A stretch of 64,000 nt of DNA from Eledone cirrhosa (GCA_964016885.1 OZ024757.1:8618001-8682000); one strand, 5' to 3'. Counted from the stretch's first letter, positions 36,651 to 50,270 are shown. The notes: generated by a model from the sequence alone, not told the origin. A program made the numbers and translations.

Positions 36651-39600
36651 ATTTTGTAGAGGAGTAGGTATATTTTGTTGGAAGGAATAGGTATATTTTG
36701 TTGGAAGGAGTAGGTATATTTTGTTGGAAGGAGTAGGTATATTTTGTTGGAAAGAATAGGTATATTTTGTTGGAAGGAGTAGGTATATTTTGTTGGAAGG
36801 AGTAGGTATATTTTGTTGGAAGGAGTAGGTATATTTTGTTGGAAGGAATAGGTATATTTTGTTGGAAGGAGTAGGTATATTTTGTTGGAAGGAGTAGGTA
36901 TATTTTATTGGAAGGAGTAGGTATATTTTGTTGGAAGGAGTAGGTATATTTTGTTGGAAGGAGTAGGTATATTTTGTTGGAAGGAGTAGGTATATTTTGT
37001 AGAGGAGTAGGTATATTTTGTTGGAAGGAATAGGTATATTTTGTTGGAAGGAGTAGGTATATTTTGTTGGAAGGAGTAAGTATATTTTGTTGGAAGGAGT
37101 AGGTATATTTTGTTGGAAGGAATAGGTATATTTTGTTGGAAGGAGTAGGTATATTTTGTTGGAAGGAATAGGTATATTTTATTGGAAGGAGTAGGTATAT
37201 TTTGTTGGAAGGAGTAGGTATATTTTGTAGAGGAGTAGGTATATTTTGTTGGAAGGAATAGGTATATTTTGTTGGAAGGAGTAGGTATATTTTGTTGGTA
37301 TGAGTAGGTATATTTTGTTGGAAGGAGTAGGTATATTTTGTTGGAAGGAATAGGTATATTTTGTTGGAAGGAGTAGGTATATTTTGTTGGAAGGAATAGG
37401 TATATTTTGTTGGAAGGAGTAGGTATATTTTGTTGGAAGGAGTAGGTATATTTTGTTGGAAGGAGTAGGTATATTTTGTTGGAAGGAATAGGTATATTTT
37501 GTTGGAAGGAGTAGGTATATTTTGTTGGAAGGAGTAGGTATATTTTGTAGAGGAGTAGGTATATTTTGTTGGAAGGAATAGGTATATTTTGTTGGAAGGA
37601 GTAGGTATATTTTGTTGGAAGGAGTAGGTATATTTTGTTGGAAGGAGTAGGTATATTTTATTGGAAGGAGTAGGTATATTTTGTTGGAAGGAGTAGGTAT
37701 ATTTTGTTGGAAGGAGTAGGTATATTTTGTTGCAAGGAATAGGTATATTTTGTTGGAAGGAATAGGTATATTTTGTTGGAAGGAGTAGGTATATTTTATT
37801 GGAAGGAGTAGGTATATTTTGTTGGAAGGAGTAGGTATATTTTGTTGGAAGGAGTAGGTATATTTTGTTGGAAGGAGTAGGTATATTTTGTTGCAAGGAA
37901 TAGGTATATTTTGTTGGAAGGAATAGGTATATTTTGTTGGAAGGAGTAGGTATATTTTATTGGAAGGAGTAGGTATATTTTGTTGGAAGGAGTAGGTATA
38001 TTTTGTTGGAAGGGGTAGGTATATTTTGTTGGAAGGAGTAGGTATATTTTGTTGGAAGGAATAGGTATATTTTGTTGGAAGGAGTAGGTATATTTTGTTG
38101 GAAGGAGTAGGTATATTTTGTTGGAAGGAATAGGTATATTTTGTTGGAAGGAGTAGGTATATTTTGTTGGAAGGAGTAGGTATATTTTGTAGAGGAGTAG
38201 GTATATTTTGTTGGAAGGAATAGGTATATTTTGTTGGAAGGAGTAGGTATATTTTGTTGGAAGGAATAGGTATATTTTGTTGGAAGGAGTAGGTATATTT
38301 TGTTGGAAGGAGTAGGTATATTTTATTGGAAGGAGTAGGTATATTTTGTTGGAAGGAGTAGGTATATTTTGTTGGAAGGAGTAGGTATATTTTGTTGCAA
38401 GGAATAGGTATATTTTGTTGGAAGGAATAGGTATATTTTGTTGGAAGGAGTAGGTATATTTTATTGGAAGGAGTAGGTATATTTTGTTGGAAGGAGTAGG
38501 TATATTTTGTTGGAAGGAGTAGGTATATTTTGTTGGTAGGAGTAGGTATATTTTGTTGGAAGGAGTAGGTATATTTTGTTGGAAGGAGTAGGTATATTTT
38601 GTTGGAAGGAGTAGGTATATTTTGTTGGAAGGAATAGGTATATTTTGTTGGAAGGAGTAGGTATATTTTGTTGGAAGGAATAGGTATATTTTGTTGGAAG
38701 GAGTAGGTATATTTTGTTGGAAGGAGTAGGTATATTTTGTTGGAAGGAATAGGTATATTTTGTTGGAAGGAGTAGGTATATTTTGTTGGAAGGAGTAGGT
38801 ATATTTTGTAGAGGAGTAGGTATATTTTGTTGGAAGGAATAGGTATATTTTGTTGGAAGGAGTAGGTATATTTTGTTGCAAGGAATAGGTATATTTTGTT
38901 GGAAGGAATAGGTATATTTTTTGGAAGGAGTAGGTATATTTTATTGGAAGGAGTAGGTATATTTTGTTGGAAGGAGTAGGTATATTTTGTTGGAAGGAGT
39001 AGGTATATTTTGTTGGTAGGAGTAGGTATATTTTGTTGGAAGGAGTAGGTATATTTTGTTGGAAGGAGTAGGTATATTTTGTTGGAAGGAGTAGGTATAT
39101 TTTGTTGGAAGGAATAGGTATATTTTGTTGGAAGGAGTAGGTATATTTTGTTGGAAGGAATAGGTATATTTTGTTGGAAGGAGTAGGTATATTTTGTTGG
39201 AAGGAGTAGGTATATTTTGTTGGAAGGAGTAGGTATATTTTGTTGGAAGGAATAGGTATATTTTGTTGGAAGGAGTAGGTATATTTTGTTGGAAGGAGTA
39301 GGTATATTTTGTTGGAAGGAATAGGTATATTTTGTTGGAAGGAGTAGGTATATTTTGTTGGAAGGTGTAGGTATATTTTGTAGAGGAGTAGGTATATTTT
39401 GTTGGAAGGAATAGGTATATTTTGTTGGAAGGAGTAGGTATATTTTGTTGGAAGGAATAGGTATATTTTGTTGGAAGGAGTAGGTATATTTTGTTGGAAG
39501 GAGTAGGTATATTTTATTGGAAGGAGTAGGTATATTTTGTTGGAAGGAGTAGGTATATTTTGTTGGAAGGAGTAGGTATATTTTGTTGCAAGGAATAGGT

Positions 39601-42600
39601 ATATTTTGTTGGAAGGAATAGGTATATTTTGTTGGAAGGAGTAGGTATATTTTATTGGAAGGAGTAGGTATATTTTGTTGGAAGGAGTAGGTATATTTTG
39701 TTGGAAGGAGTAGGTATATTTTGTTGGAAGGAGTAGGTATATTTTGTTGCAAGGAATAGGTATATTTTGTTGGAAGGAATAGGTATATTTTGTTGGAAGG
39801 AGTAGGTATATTTTATTGGAAGGAGTAGGTATATTTTGTTGGAAGGAGTAGGTATATTTTGTTGGAAGGAGTAGGTATATTTTGTTGGAAGGAGTAGGTA
39901 TATTTTGTTGGAAGGAATAGGTATATTTTGTTGGAAGGAGTAGGTATATTTTGTTGGAAGGAGTAGGTATATTTTGTTGGAAGGAATAGGTATATTTTGT
40001 TGGAAGGAGTAGGTATATTTTGTTGGCAGGAGTAAGTATATTTTGTAGAGGAGTAGGTATATTTTGTTGGAAGGAATAGGTATATTTTGTTGGAAGAAGT
40101 AGGTATATTTTGTTGGAAGGAATAGGTATATTTTGTTGGAAGGAGTAGGTATATTTTGTTGGAAGGAGTAGGTATATTTTATTGGAAGGAGTAGGTATAT
40201 TTTGTTGGAAGGAGTAGGTATATTTTGTTGGAAGGAGTAGGTATATTTTGTTGCAAGGAATAGGTATATTTTGTTGGAAGGAATAGGTATATTTTGTTGG
40301 AAGGAGTAGGTATATTTTATTGGAAGGAGTAGGTATATTTTGTTGGAAGGAGTAGGTATATTTTGTTGGAAGGAGTAGGTATATTTTGTTGGTAGGAGTA
40401 GGTATATTTTGTTGGAAGGAGTAGGTATATTTTGTTGGAAGGAGTAGGTATATTTTGTTGGAAGGAGTAGGTATATTTTGTTGGAAGGAGTAGGTATATT
40501 TTGTTGGAAGGAGTAGGTATATTTTGTAGAGGAGTAGGTATATTTTGTTGGAAGGAATAGGTATATTTTGTTGGAAGGAGTAGGTATATTTTGTTGGAAG
40601 GAGTAGGTATATTTTGTTGGAAGGAGTAGGTATATTTTGTTGGAAGGAATAGGTATATTTTGTTGGAAGGAGTAGGTATATTTTGTTGGAAGGAATAGGT
40701 ATATTTTATTGGAAGGAGTAGGTATATTTTGTTGGAAGGAGTAGGTATATTTTGTAGAGGAGTAGGTATATTTTGTTGGAAGGAATAGGTATATTTTGTT
40801 GGAAGGAGTAGGTATATTTTGTTGGTAGGAGTAGGTATATTTTGTTGGAAGGAGTAGGTATATTTTGTTGGAAGGAATAGGTATATTTTGTTGGAAGGAG
40901 TAGGTATATTTTGTTGGAAGGAATAGGTATATTTAGTTGGAAGGAGTAGGTATATTTTGTTGGAAGGAGTAGGTATATTTTGTTGGAAGGAGTAGGTATA
41001 TTTTGTTGGAAGGAATAGGTATATTTTGTTGGAAGGAGTAGGTATATTTTGTTGGAAGGAGTAGGTATATTTTGTAGAGGAGTAGGTATATTTTGTTGGA
41101 AGGAATAGGTATATTTTGTTGGAAGGAGTAGGTATATTTTGTTGGAAGGAATAGGTATATTTTGTTGGAAGGAGTAGGTATATTTTGTTGGAAGGAGTAG
41201 GTATATTTTATTGGAAGGAGTAGGTATATTTTGTTGGAAGGAGTAGGTATATTTTGTTGGAAGGAGTAGGTATATTTTGTTGCAAGGAATAGGTATATTT
41301 TGTTGGAAGGAATAGGTATATTTTGTTGGAAGGAGTAGGTATATTTTATTGGAAGGAGTAGGTATATTTTGTTGGAAGGAGTAGGTATATTTTGTTGGAA
41401 GGAGTAGGTATATTTTGTTGGAAGGAGTAGGTATATTTTGTTGCAAGGAATAGGTATATTTTGTTGGAAGGAATAGGTATATTTTGTTGGAAGGAGTAGG
41501 TATATTTTATTGGAAGGAGTAGGTATATTTTGTTGGAAGGAGTAGGTATATTTTGTTGGAAGGGGTAGGTATATTTTGTTGGAAGGAGTAGGTATATTTT
41601 GTTGGAAGGAATAGGTATATTTTGTTGGAAGGAGTAGGTATATTTTGTTGGAAGGAGTAGGTATATTTTGTTGGAAGGAATAGGTATATTTTGTTGGAAG
41701 GAGTAGGTATATTTTGTTGGAAGGAGTAGGTATATTTTGTAGAGGAGTAGGTATATTTTGTTGGAAGGAATAGGTATATTTTGTTGGAAGGAGTAGGTAT
41801 ATTTTGTTGGAAGGAATAGGTATATTTTGTTGGAAGGAGTAGGTATATTTTGTTGGAAGGAGTAGGTATATTTTGTTGGAAGGAATAGGTATATTTTGTT
41901 GGAAGGAGTAGGTATATTTTGTTGGAAGGAGTAGGTATATTTTGTAGAGGAGTAGGTATATTTTGTTGGAAGGAATAGGTATATTTTGTTGGAAGGAGTA
42001 GGTATATTTTGTTGGAAGGAATAGGTATATTTTGTTGGAAGGAATAGGGATATTTTGTTGGAAGGAGTAGGTATATTTTATTGGAAGGAGTAGGTATATT
42101 TTGTTGGAAGGAGTAGGTATATTTTGTTGGAAGGAGTAGGTATATTTTGTTGCAAGGAATAGGTATATTTTGTTGGAAGGAATAGGTATATTTTGTTGGA
42201 AGGAGTAGGTATATTTTATTGGAAGGAGTAGGTATATTTTGTTGGAAGGAGTAGGTATATTTTGTTGGAAGGAGTAGGTATATTTTGTTGGAAGGAGTAG
42301 GTATATTTTGTTGCAAGGAATAGGTATATTTTGTTGGAAGGAATAGGTATATTTTGTTGGAAGGAGTAGGTATATTTTATTGGAAGGAGTAGGTATATTT
42401 TGTTGGAAGGAGTAGGTATATTTTGTTGGAAGGAGTAGGTATATTTTGTTGGAAGGAGTAGGTATATTTTGTTGGAAGGAATAGGTATATTTTGTTGGAA
42501 GGAGTAGGTATATTTTGTTGGAAGGAGTAGGTATATTTTGTTGGAAGGAATAGGTATATTTTGTTGGAAGGAGTAGGTATATTTTGTTGGCAGGAGTAAG

Positions 42601-43181
42601 TATATTTTGTAGAGGAGTAGGTATATTTTGTTGGAAGGAATAGGTATATTTTGTTGGAAGGAGTAGGTATATTTTGTTGGAAGGAATAGGTATATTTTGT
42701 TGGAAGGAGTAGGTATATTTTGTTGGAAGGAGTAGGTATATTTTATTGGAAGGAGTAGGTATATTTTGTTGGAAGGAGTAGGTATATTTTGTTGGAAGGA
42801 GTAGGTATATTTTGTTGCAAGGAATAGGTATATTTTGTTGGAAGGAATAGGTATATTTTGTTGGAAGGAGTAGGTATATTTTATTGGAAGGAGTAGGTAT
42901 ATTTTGTTGGAAGGAATAGGTATATTTTGTTGGAAGGAGTAGGTATATTTTGTTGGTAGGAGTAGGTATATTTTGTTGGAAGGAGTAGGTATATTTTGTT
43001 GGAAGGAGTAGGTATATTTTGTTGGAAGGAGTAGGTATATTTTGTTGGAAGGAGTAGGTATATTTTGTTGGAAGGAGTAGGTATATTTTGTTGGAAGGAG
43101 TAGGTATATTTTGTTGGAAGGAGTAGGTATATTTTGTTGGAAGGAGTAGGTATATTTTGTTGGAAGGAGTAGGTATATTTT
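36651..43181. repeat. 23-bp satellite (TATTTTGTTGGAAGGAGTAGGTA)n, ~280 copies
   Basis: Directly visible; the 23-aa period in the ORF track equals 3 units. Confidence 0.98.
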
Positions 43182-43184
43182 TCA

Positions 43185-43450
43185 TAGAATAATCCAATTC
43201 ACAAACGTCCATGGTGTATGTTGGTTAATTTCCTGAAACTGTAGAGTGCTCAACTTATCGGGCTGGAAGGTGCTAATCGTATATGTAATATAGAATATGC
43301 TTCGATCATTCCCGGTTGGAGCTGTATAAATGAAGTATTTCCGTCGGAAAGGTACAGGAGAAAAGAGTGCTCTATGTAGGCTACAGTAATAAGCTCTGTA
43401 GCCTACATAGAGCACTCTTTCCTCCTGTACCTTTCTGACGGAAATACTTC

Positions 43451-43455
<5 letters not shown>
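43185..43455. repeat. Palindromic element (~60-bp arms, loop TAATAAGCT) adjoining the satellite
   Basis: 43325-43386 is the reverse complement of 43396-43457. Paralog at 52380-52650; a related fragment at ~1430-1490. Confidence 0.75.
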
Positions 43456-43481
<26 letters not shown>

Positions 43482-43558
43482 CGTGGGTGTGTGTGTGTGT
43501 ATAAATATTCACACATGCTCATTCACACACACACACACATATATGTATATATATATAT

Positions 43559-43599
<41 letters not shown>

Positions 43600-43650
43600 C
43601 ATTTATATATACATATATATACATATACACACACATATATATACATATAC

Positions 43651-43685
<35 letters not shown>

Positions 43686-43852
43686 AATATACATATACAT
43701 ATATATATACATATACATATATATATACATATATATAAATATACATATATATACATATATATATACATATATTACCTGTACTAGACACAGAGCTCTGGTT
43801 AGATACCATTAACAACCAAAAACAAATCCTCCATTCCCATTATGCCAAACCC

Positions 43853-44743
43853 ATGACTTCCAAACATCTGATCCACCGAAACTCGGCCATTTCGGACCAT
43901 ACCAAAATCAACATACTGATTGCGGATTTGGTACGGGTGATGAGAAATGTGTCCCGCATGTGCAACCCTGAAGAACTAGAGAGACACATACAACACTTCA
44001 TCCACCGTATGCAGTTCTCTGGCTACAATCAGAGAGATAGAATCAGAGTGTATAGAGGATCCAGAACCAAATGGGAAAAAATGGTAAATAATGACATAAA
44101 TGGGACCTGCCCCTTGTATAGGAGCAAATTTTGGAATAGAATAGAAAGAACTAGGAACAAGGCCAATAGAATAAACTCATGGTATGATAGCAATAAATAC
44201 CAGAGTGTAATGTTCATCAATACAACCCCTAGAGGCGAACTAGCCTACAAATTTAGAAGGGCCCTAAATAAACATAATCTCAATATTAAGATAGTAGAAA
44301 GACCAGGTACCTCCGTAAAAACACTTATTAGCAAGACATACCCGTTCCAAAGACCCTCATGTATAGATAAGAAATGTATAATCTGTAAAATAAGCCCCCA
44401 TATTAACTGTAAAACTAGAAATGTAGTGTATAGCATAAGATGTACTGAAGGACAATGTAGAAACAAAAATATAGTGTACATAGGTGAGATAGCTCGTAGT
44501 ATAGGGGAACGAATAAATGAACACTGGCGAGACCTCCAAGATAATAAAGAATCATCTGTGCTCTACCAACATGCTAAGATAGAACACAGGGGTAGATTAG
44601 AGAGCATAGAAATAAAAATAGAATCCACACACAGAAAAGACGCAATGTTTAGGCAAATTACAGAGGCAGTAAGCATAAAAGAATTAAAACCAAAATTAAA
44701 TAGAAAATATGAGTGGAACAGCAACATCACAACTTACAATTAA
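43853..44743 (+). CDS. Penelope-like C-terminal fragment with Cys-rich linker and GIY-YIG endonuclease
   Basis: CIDKKCIIC...NCKTRNVVYSIRC...VYIGEIARSIGERINEH...RQITEA...LNRKYEW. Confidence 0.85.
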   Translation: MTSKHLIHRNSAISDHTKINILIADLVRVMRNVSRMCNPEELERHIQHFIHRMQFSGYNQRDRIRVYRGSRTKWEKMVNNDINGTCPLYRSKFWNRIERTRNKANRINSWYDSNKYQSVMFINTTPRGELAYKFRRALNKHNLNIKIVERPGTSVKTLISKTYPFQRPSCIDKKCIICKISPHINCKTRNVVYSIRCTEGQCRNKNIVYIGEIARSIGERINEHWRDLQDNKESSVLYQHAKIEHRGRLESIEIKIESTHRKDAMFRQITEAVSIKELKPKLNRKYEWNSNITTYN

Positions 44744-45018
44744 GGACAAAATGAAAACACACACACACATAGAACAAACAACTTACAATTAAGGACAAAA
44801 TGAAAATACACACAGGACAAAATGAAAACACACACACACATAGAACAAACAACCAACCAACAACATGTAAATAAATGAACAAATAGATAAATGAACACAA
44901 ACACACACAGACACCTGGATGTGGCGCATGCGCAAACTGAGCACACAACACACACACAGAAACAAAATAGCGTAGGATAGAAGAAAGGAAAGGCACAGAA
45001 ACAAAGAAAGGAATCCCC

Positions 45019-45063
45019 AGTCACTGAAGAGGTCACAGAGTGTGTGACGAAAGGACTATGACT
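45019..45063 (+). ncRNA. Candidate minimal type I hammerhead ribozyme in the Penelope pLTR
   Basis: AGTCA-CTGAAGA-G-GTCACA-GAGTG-TGTGAC-GAAA-GGAC-TA-TGACT. Confidence 0.72.
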
Positions 45064-45221
45064 ATATATAAACAACTATCTGGTTGTGGAACCAACCAAC
45101 CAACCAGAAATTTATAAGTTTGTAAATTTGTAAATTTGTAAATTTATAAATATATAATAAGTTGAAGTGAAAGCAACTGGTGCGTGTGTTTCTTATTGGC
45201 AACATGACCCTCCCAAAGTAT

Positions 45222-45272
<51 letters not shown>

Positions 45273-45274
45273 TA

Positions 45275-45625
45275 TTAGAAAATGAGATTTTTTTTACAAA
45301 GTGAAAAATAACCGAGGTGTCCTACACGAGTGAAAGTATAAAGAAAAAAAGATGAAATCGAAAATGCAACTGGAGTCTTATTAAAAAAAAATATATATAT
45401 TTATTTGGTTCCTTTACCGGTTTCGCAGTTCTTCTGCTTTTCAAAAGTAGAGTTGAGATGGAGGGTCTGTGGTTTTTCTCTTGTGAGGAAAACCACAGAA
45501 CCTCCATCTCAACTCTAATTTTGAAAAGCAGAAGAACTGCGAAACCGGTAAAGGAACCAAATAAATATATATATTTTTTTTTAATAAGACTCCAGTTGCA
45601 TTTTCGATTTCATCTTTTTTTCTGT
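45275..45625 (-). mobile_element. Inverted copy of the palindromic element at 8960-9308
   Basis: Near-identical reverse complement, including the adjacent RTE tail remnant. Confidence 0.8.
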
Positions 45626-45639
45626 ATATATATATGTGT

Positions 45640-45674
<35 letters not shown>

Positions 45675-45737
45675 TTTACGTCCATTTTTCCCTGGATGCC
45701 CTTCTACAGCTGGATGCCCTTCCTAAAACCAACCACC

Positions 45738-45775
<38 letters not shown>

Positions 45776-45809
45776 ATATGTATATATGTATATATACATA
45801 TGTTATATG

Positions 45810-45874
<65 letters not shown>

Positions 45875-46893
45875 GAAAAGCATTTAGAAATGCGCAACCG
45901 GTAAAAACTTAAAAACTTAAAACCACAACTGAATACTAACCCATACAATCACTAATACTCTTTTATTCCTAATTAAACCATTTTTCAACTGTGAACAATT
46001 TGTCAGCATTTTCTATTCCGTTTACCAATATATATATATATGTCCAAAATTAAAATTAAGGGTTGTCATGTCTGAGAGACATGCGCCATATCCACCGTAG
46101 AATAAGCTCAAAGATTAGATCCGAGCATTACATATCAACTAGAAATAGATTGACATATATATATATATAATAAATACATGAAACAATCACAGGGAATAAT
46201 TTGTAAAGAATGTAGGCACACATAGCTAGGTAGGAAACTAATTAAAGTTTAACTAGAACTTCAAATATAGATACCTTTTAAAATGATTAATCTCCTTTGT
46301 ATATATTTCTTTAAGTAAGAAATATATTTTGCCTTGGCTGCTATTTCTAGCGCTAAAATTAAAACCTGAAGTGGACAAGATGAAAAAGTTAGCTAAAATT
46401 CAGTCTCAACTTTTTAAACAATAGATTTTTTTCATGTCAACAAACGGAGAATATTTGGCAAGAAAGATAACTCTTGTCTTACTTAAAGCACGAAATTGAG
46501 TTACAAATTTTGCGGGTCTGCAGTTTATATAAACCTTCTTATTTGGTCTTGTTAACTGGCATTTGACTGCTATTTCTAGCATATATTAATAGACACTTTA
46601 GAAATAGCAGCCAAAAGTCAGCTAACAACACTATAGGAAACACCAGAAAGAAGGACTCATGCGCACACACACACGCATATATATATAAATGTACATGAGT
46701 GTGTGTGTGTGTATATATATACATGTACACACACACAGACGTGTGTGTGTGCGTTTATATATATATATATATATACACACACACGCACAAAGATATTAAT
46801 ATATGTGTGTATATATATATAATGTATGTATGCATGTGTGTATATATGTGTATGTATTCATACATACATATATATGTGTATATATATATATAT

Positions 46894-49800
46894 GCGAGAC
46901 AGATTGTGTTTAGACCGGGATTGTCCCTTTACCCATCTCCCGGGGACCCGTCGGACAAATGAAAATAAAATTAAAAATAAAAGCAAAAACAAAAACCATA
47001 ACCTACATAAAAATAACCACTACCACAGTCACCAACAGTCTTCTAAACAGGAAACTTCTTCCTCTTTTTTAGCCATAATGAATCTGGCAAAAGAACTGGA
47101 AAAAAACATTCGAGCTATCACCCAGCACCACCCTCCACTATCACCCCACTGCACAAACTCCCATTGCTGCCATTAACAAACAAACAAATTAACAACACAC
47201 CAAAACAATTAAAACCATCCACTCTCGCCTCTACATTTTTGCTTAACGCCCAAGGCATCAGCCCTTCCACCAATACTCAAAAATGGAAGATCAAATTCCT
47301 GGAGGACTGGATTGATGTCCATCCAAACCACATCCCTTTCTTCGTCCTCACTGAAACCCATCTCAGTAACCTCCACTTGGAAGCCGAGGTGAAAGTGAAA
47401 AATTTCAAAGCCAGCCGTGCTGATCGCGCTGGCAGAAGAAAGGGCGGAACTGCCATTTATGTCCATAATTCTTTCTCAACAGAGGCTATGAACATATTCA
47501 CTAATGGATACTGTGAGGCAGTCACTGTATTCAGTCAAACCAACAACCTAATAGTAGTTGGGCTCTATAGGCCACCCCAAACGCCTGTACCATGCTTCAA
47601 GGAATGCCTCAACAGCATAAAGTGTTTCATCCAAGAGTGTCACCCTGACAACATCTTAATGATGGGGGACTTCAACCTCCCCGGAGTTGACTGGTCCACA
47701 AACAGCCTGCCACCAGGTTCTTCTGCCTCAACCTCTGACAGGGAAGCAGTGGAATCGCTTCTTGACTTCATGGATGATTTCTTCCTATCCCAACTGGTGC
47801 TCGAACCAACGAGGTGCCACAAAAACGTCCTAGACTTAATTTTCAGCAATCACACTGACAATATCCACAATATTGCAGTGGAGAAAACTCTACTCTCTGA
47901 TCATGACATGGTTCTCTGTGATCTGAGATTCCACCGTCCAATATACAAACCCAATGTCATCTCTCCTGTCCATCCGTTTGACGCTATGGATTTCCACAAT
48001 GCAAACTGGGAAGCGATCAGTCATGATCTTGCACATGTCGACTGGTCCTTCACGCACACTCATACACCCACTAACATCAAAAAGTCCTGGCAGACATTTG
48101 TGGACACTGTTACAAACATATGTGCTAAACACACCCCATTAAGAACTATAAACAAATCTAAGAGCAGAATCCCTAGAAATAGAAAAACGCTCATCAGAAA
48201 AATTAAGAGAACGAACAAAAAAATCAACAAGCTGAAATACCGTCAGCAGCAACACATCAACTTGACTGCCATTTCATCACTAGAGATTAAAAAACATAAC
48301 CTCCAAAACAACATAATGTCCCTCATCAACGATCAGAGAAGAGCTGAAGAGGCCTGGGCCATTGAGAAGATCAAACTCAATCCCAAAGTGTTCTTTTCAT
48401 TTGCAAAAAAACACAAAATCACTGGCTCTACTGTTGGCCCTCTAATTGATGAAAATGGCACTCTTCAAGACAATGCTAAAACCATGGGTGAGATACTGCA
48501 GAAACAATACTGCTCTGTTTTCAGCAATCCTGATATGGCCGATCTGGGCTGTATCGGCGATGTTACTCCCCATTACACCTTATCGGACATAACGTTTGGC
48601 GCCCCTGATGTCTTAGCGGCAATAAAGGAAATCAAGCATAATTCAGCAGTAGGTCCCGATAGGTTCCCTGCTTGTGTCTTGAAGGCGTGTCAACACCAAC
48701 TTGCATCTCCTCTTGCCAATCTGTGGCGGAACTCACTGGATGCTGGATATGTGCCAGAAAACCTTCTATCCCAGTCTGTTGTCCCAGTTTTCAAAAAGGG
48801 AAACAAATCCCTTGCCGTGAATTACCGTCCAATCTCACTCACCTCTCATATCATTAAGGTATTTGAGAGAGTGGTGAGATCGCGAATGACCCACTTCCTT
48901 GAGAGTAACAATATGCTGAACTCCAACCAGCATGGATTCCGTAATGGAAGGGATTGCCTGACGCAGTTACTGCATCACTTTGATGACATTTTGAGAGCCT
49001 TGGGAGAGGGTTCCAACACTGATGTTATCTACCTTGATTTCAGCAAGGCCTTTGACAGGGTTGATCATAACATTCTACTGAGAAAGCTGTCCAATATTGG
49101 TGTCACTGGAAAGCTGCTGCAGTGGATCAAGAGCTTCCTGTCAAACAGAACCCAACATGTTGTAGTTGAAGGAGTCAAATCCAGCCCAGCCAAAGTCAGT
49201 AGTGGGGTCCCACAAGGCACTGTGTTGGGCCCACTTCTCTTCATCATCTATATTAATGACATCACTGACATCATCAAACACAGCAACATTAAAATTTTCG
49301 CTGATGATTCCAAGCTCCAAAAGGTCATCAATGGCGTGGATGACCGGATAAGCCTTCAGTCAGACCTACTGGCTGTTACCCAATGGGCGGAAAAGAACAA
49401 CATGTTACTGAACGAAGACAAATTCGAACTGATCCACTTTGGAAAAGAGGATGCTCTGAAGCTCCCGTACTCCCTTCCCTCCGGGGAAACTCTCGTGGCA
49501 TCTAACAACATCAGAGACTTGGGAGTAACCGTGGACAGCAACATAAGCTGGACCACGCATATAAGCAGCAAAGTTGACATGGCCCGCAGAATGTGTTCCT
49601 GGATCCTCAGAACCTTCCAGTCGAGAGATTCCCACACCATTATCCTTCTCTTCTCTACTTTTGCCCGACCACACCTTGAATACTGTTGTCCACTGTGGTC
49701 TCCCCACACGAAACAAAGTATCATGAAACTTGAAGCTCCTCAAAGGGCAATCACGAAAAAGATAGATGGCATGTCAGACCTTGACTACTGGGGTCGACTA

Positions 49801-50270
49801 GAAAACCTGAAACTTTACTCACTCCAACGTTGCCGTGAGCGTTATATTATCTGCATGATGTGGAAAATGTTCCATCACAACTGCCCAAATGATGTTGGAA
49901 TCGCCTTCAAGATACACCCAAGGCTTGGGCCCCGTGCTATCCGTCCCATACAAAAATCTAAATCGCAACTCATAACAACAATACGGCACAATTATTACAC
50001 CTCAATTGGCCCTGCTCTCTTCAACATCACACCAGGACACGTCAAAACAGAAACTGACCACACAAAATTCAAGAAGTCTTTGGACAAATTCCTCCAAGTA
50101 ATACCGGACAAACCACCCACACCCGGATATGTCTCCGCAAACAGTAATTCTCTTCTCGAATGGGCCATGGTGCCCAAATCCTGAATTGAAAGACTTCGCC
50201 AGGTGGTGCTATTAAGTTAGACATGGCCTGGGCCAATACTGGCCAAAACATTTCAAAGTTATTCAAAGTT
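46894..50270 (+). mobile_element. CR1-group LINE, truncated within ORF1
   Basis: ORF1 remnant (CLDRDCPFTH), intact ORF2, short 3' UTR ending (TTCAAAGTTA)2; (TA)n flanks. Confidence 0.85.
47164..50184 (+). CDS. LINE ORF2: AP endonuclease + reverse transcriptase (CR1/L2-group)
   Basis: LTETHL, YRPP, MGDFN, LDLIF, SDH; [37 protein letters not shown]. Confidence 0.92.
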   Translation: MLPLTNKQINNTPKQLKPSTLASTFLLNAQGISPSTNTQKWKIKFLEDWIDVHPNHIPFFVLTETHLSNLHLEAEVKVKNFKASRADRAGRRKGGTAIYVHNSFSTEAMNIFTNGYCEAVTVFSQTNNLIVVGLYRPPQTPVPCFKECLNSIKCFIQECHPDNILMMGDFNLPGVDWSTNSLPPGSSASTSDREAVESLLDFMDDFFLSQLVLEPTRCHKNVLDLIFSNHTDNIHNIAVEKTLLSDHDMVLCDLRFHRPIYKPNVISPVHPFDAMDFHNANWEAISHDLAHVDWSFTHTHTPTNIKKSWQTFVDTVTNICAKHTPLRTINKSKSRIPRNRKTLIRKIKRTNKKINKLKYRQQQHINLTAISSLEIKKHNLQNNIMSLINDQRRAEEAWAIEKIKLNPKVFFSFAKKHKITGSTVGPLIDENGTLQDNAKTMGEILQKQYCSVFSNPDMADLGCIGDVTPHYTLSDITFGAPDVLAAIKEIKHNSAVGPDRFPACVLKACQHQLASPLANLWRNSLDAGYVPENLLSQSVVPVFKKGNKSLAVNYRPISLTSHIIKVFERVVRSRMTHFLESNNMLNSNQHGFRNGRDCLTQLLHHFDDILRALGEGSNTDVIYLDFSKAFDRVDHNILLRKLSNIGVTGKLLQWIKSFLSNRTQHVVVEGVKSSPAKVSSGVPQGTVLGPLLFIIYINDITDIIKHSNIKIFADDSKLQKVINGVDDRISLQSDLLAVTQWAEKNNMLLNEDKFELIHFGKEDALKLPYSLPSGETLVASNNIRDLGVTVDSNISWTTHISSKVDMARRMCSWILRTFQSRDSHTIILLFSTFARPHLEYCCPLWSPHTKQSIMKLEAPQRAITKKIDGMSDLDYWGRLENLKLYSLQRCRERYIICMMWKMFHHNCPNDVGIAFKIHPRLGPRAIRPIQKSKSQLITTIRHNYYTSIGPALFNITPGHVKTETDHTKFKKSLDKFLQVIPDKPPTPGYVSANSNSLLEWAMVPKS

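Larger units (their letters stand above)
43772..45225 (+). mobile_element. 5'-truncated Penelope-like element (thumb/linker, GIY-YIG endonuclease, 3' pLTR)
   Basis: GIY-YIG ORF followed by a non-coding terminal region with a hammerhead motif; (TA)n on both sides. Confidence 0.85.

Noticed and set aside
36651-43181. CRISPR-like array
   Set aside because: There are no unique spacers and no cas genes, and the context is eukaryotic.
36607-43212. Long minus-strand ORFs (up to 857 aa) of repeating QQNIPTPSNKIYLLLPTKYTYSF
   Set aside because: The 23-bp unit lacks stops on that strand; frames switch freely at 21-bp variants, so there is no sign of coding constraint.
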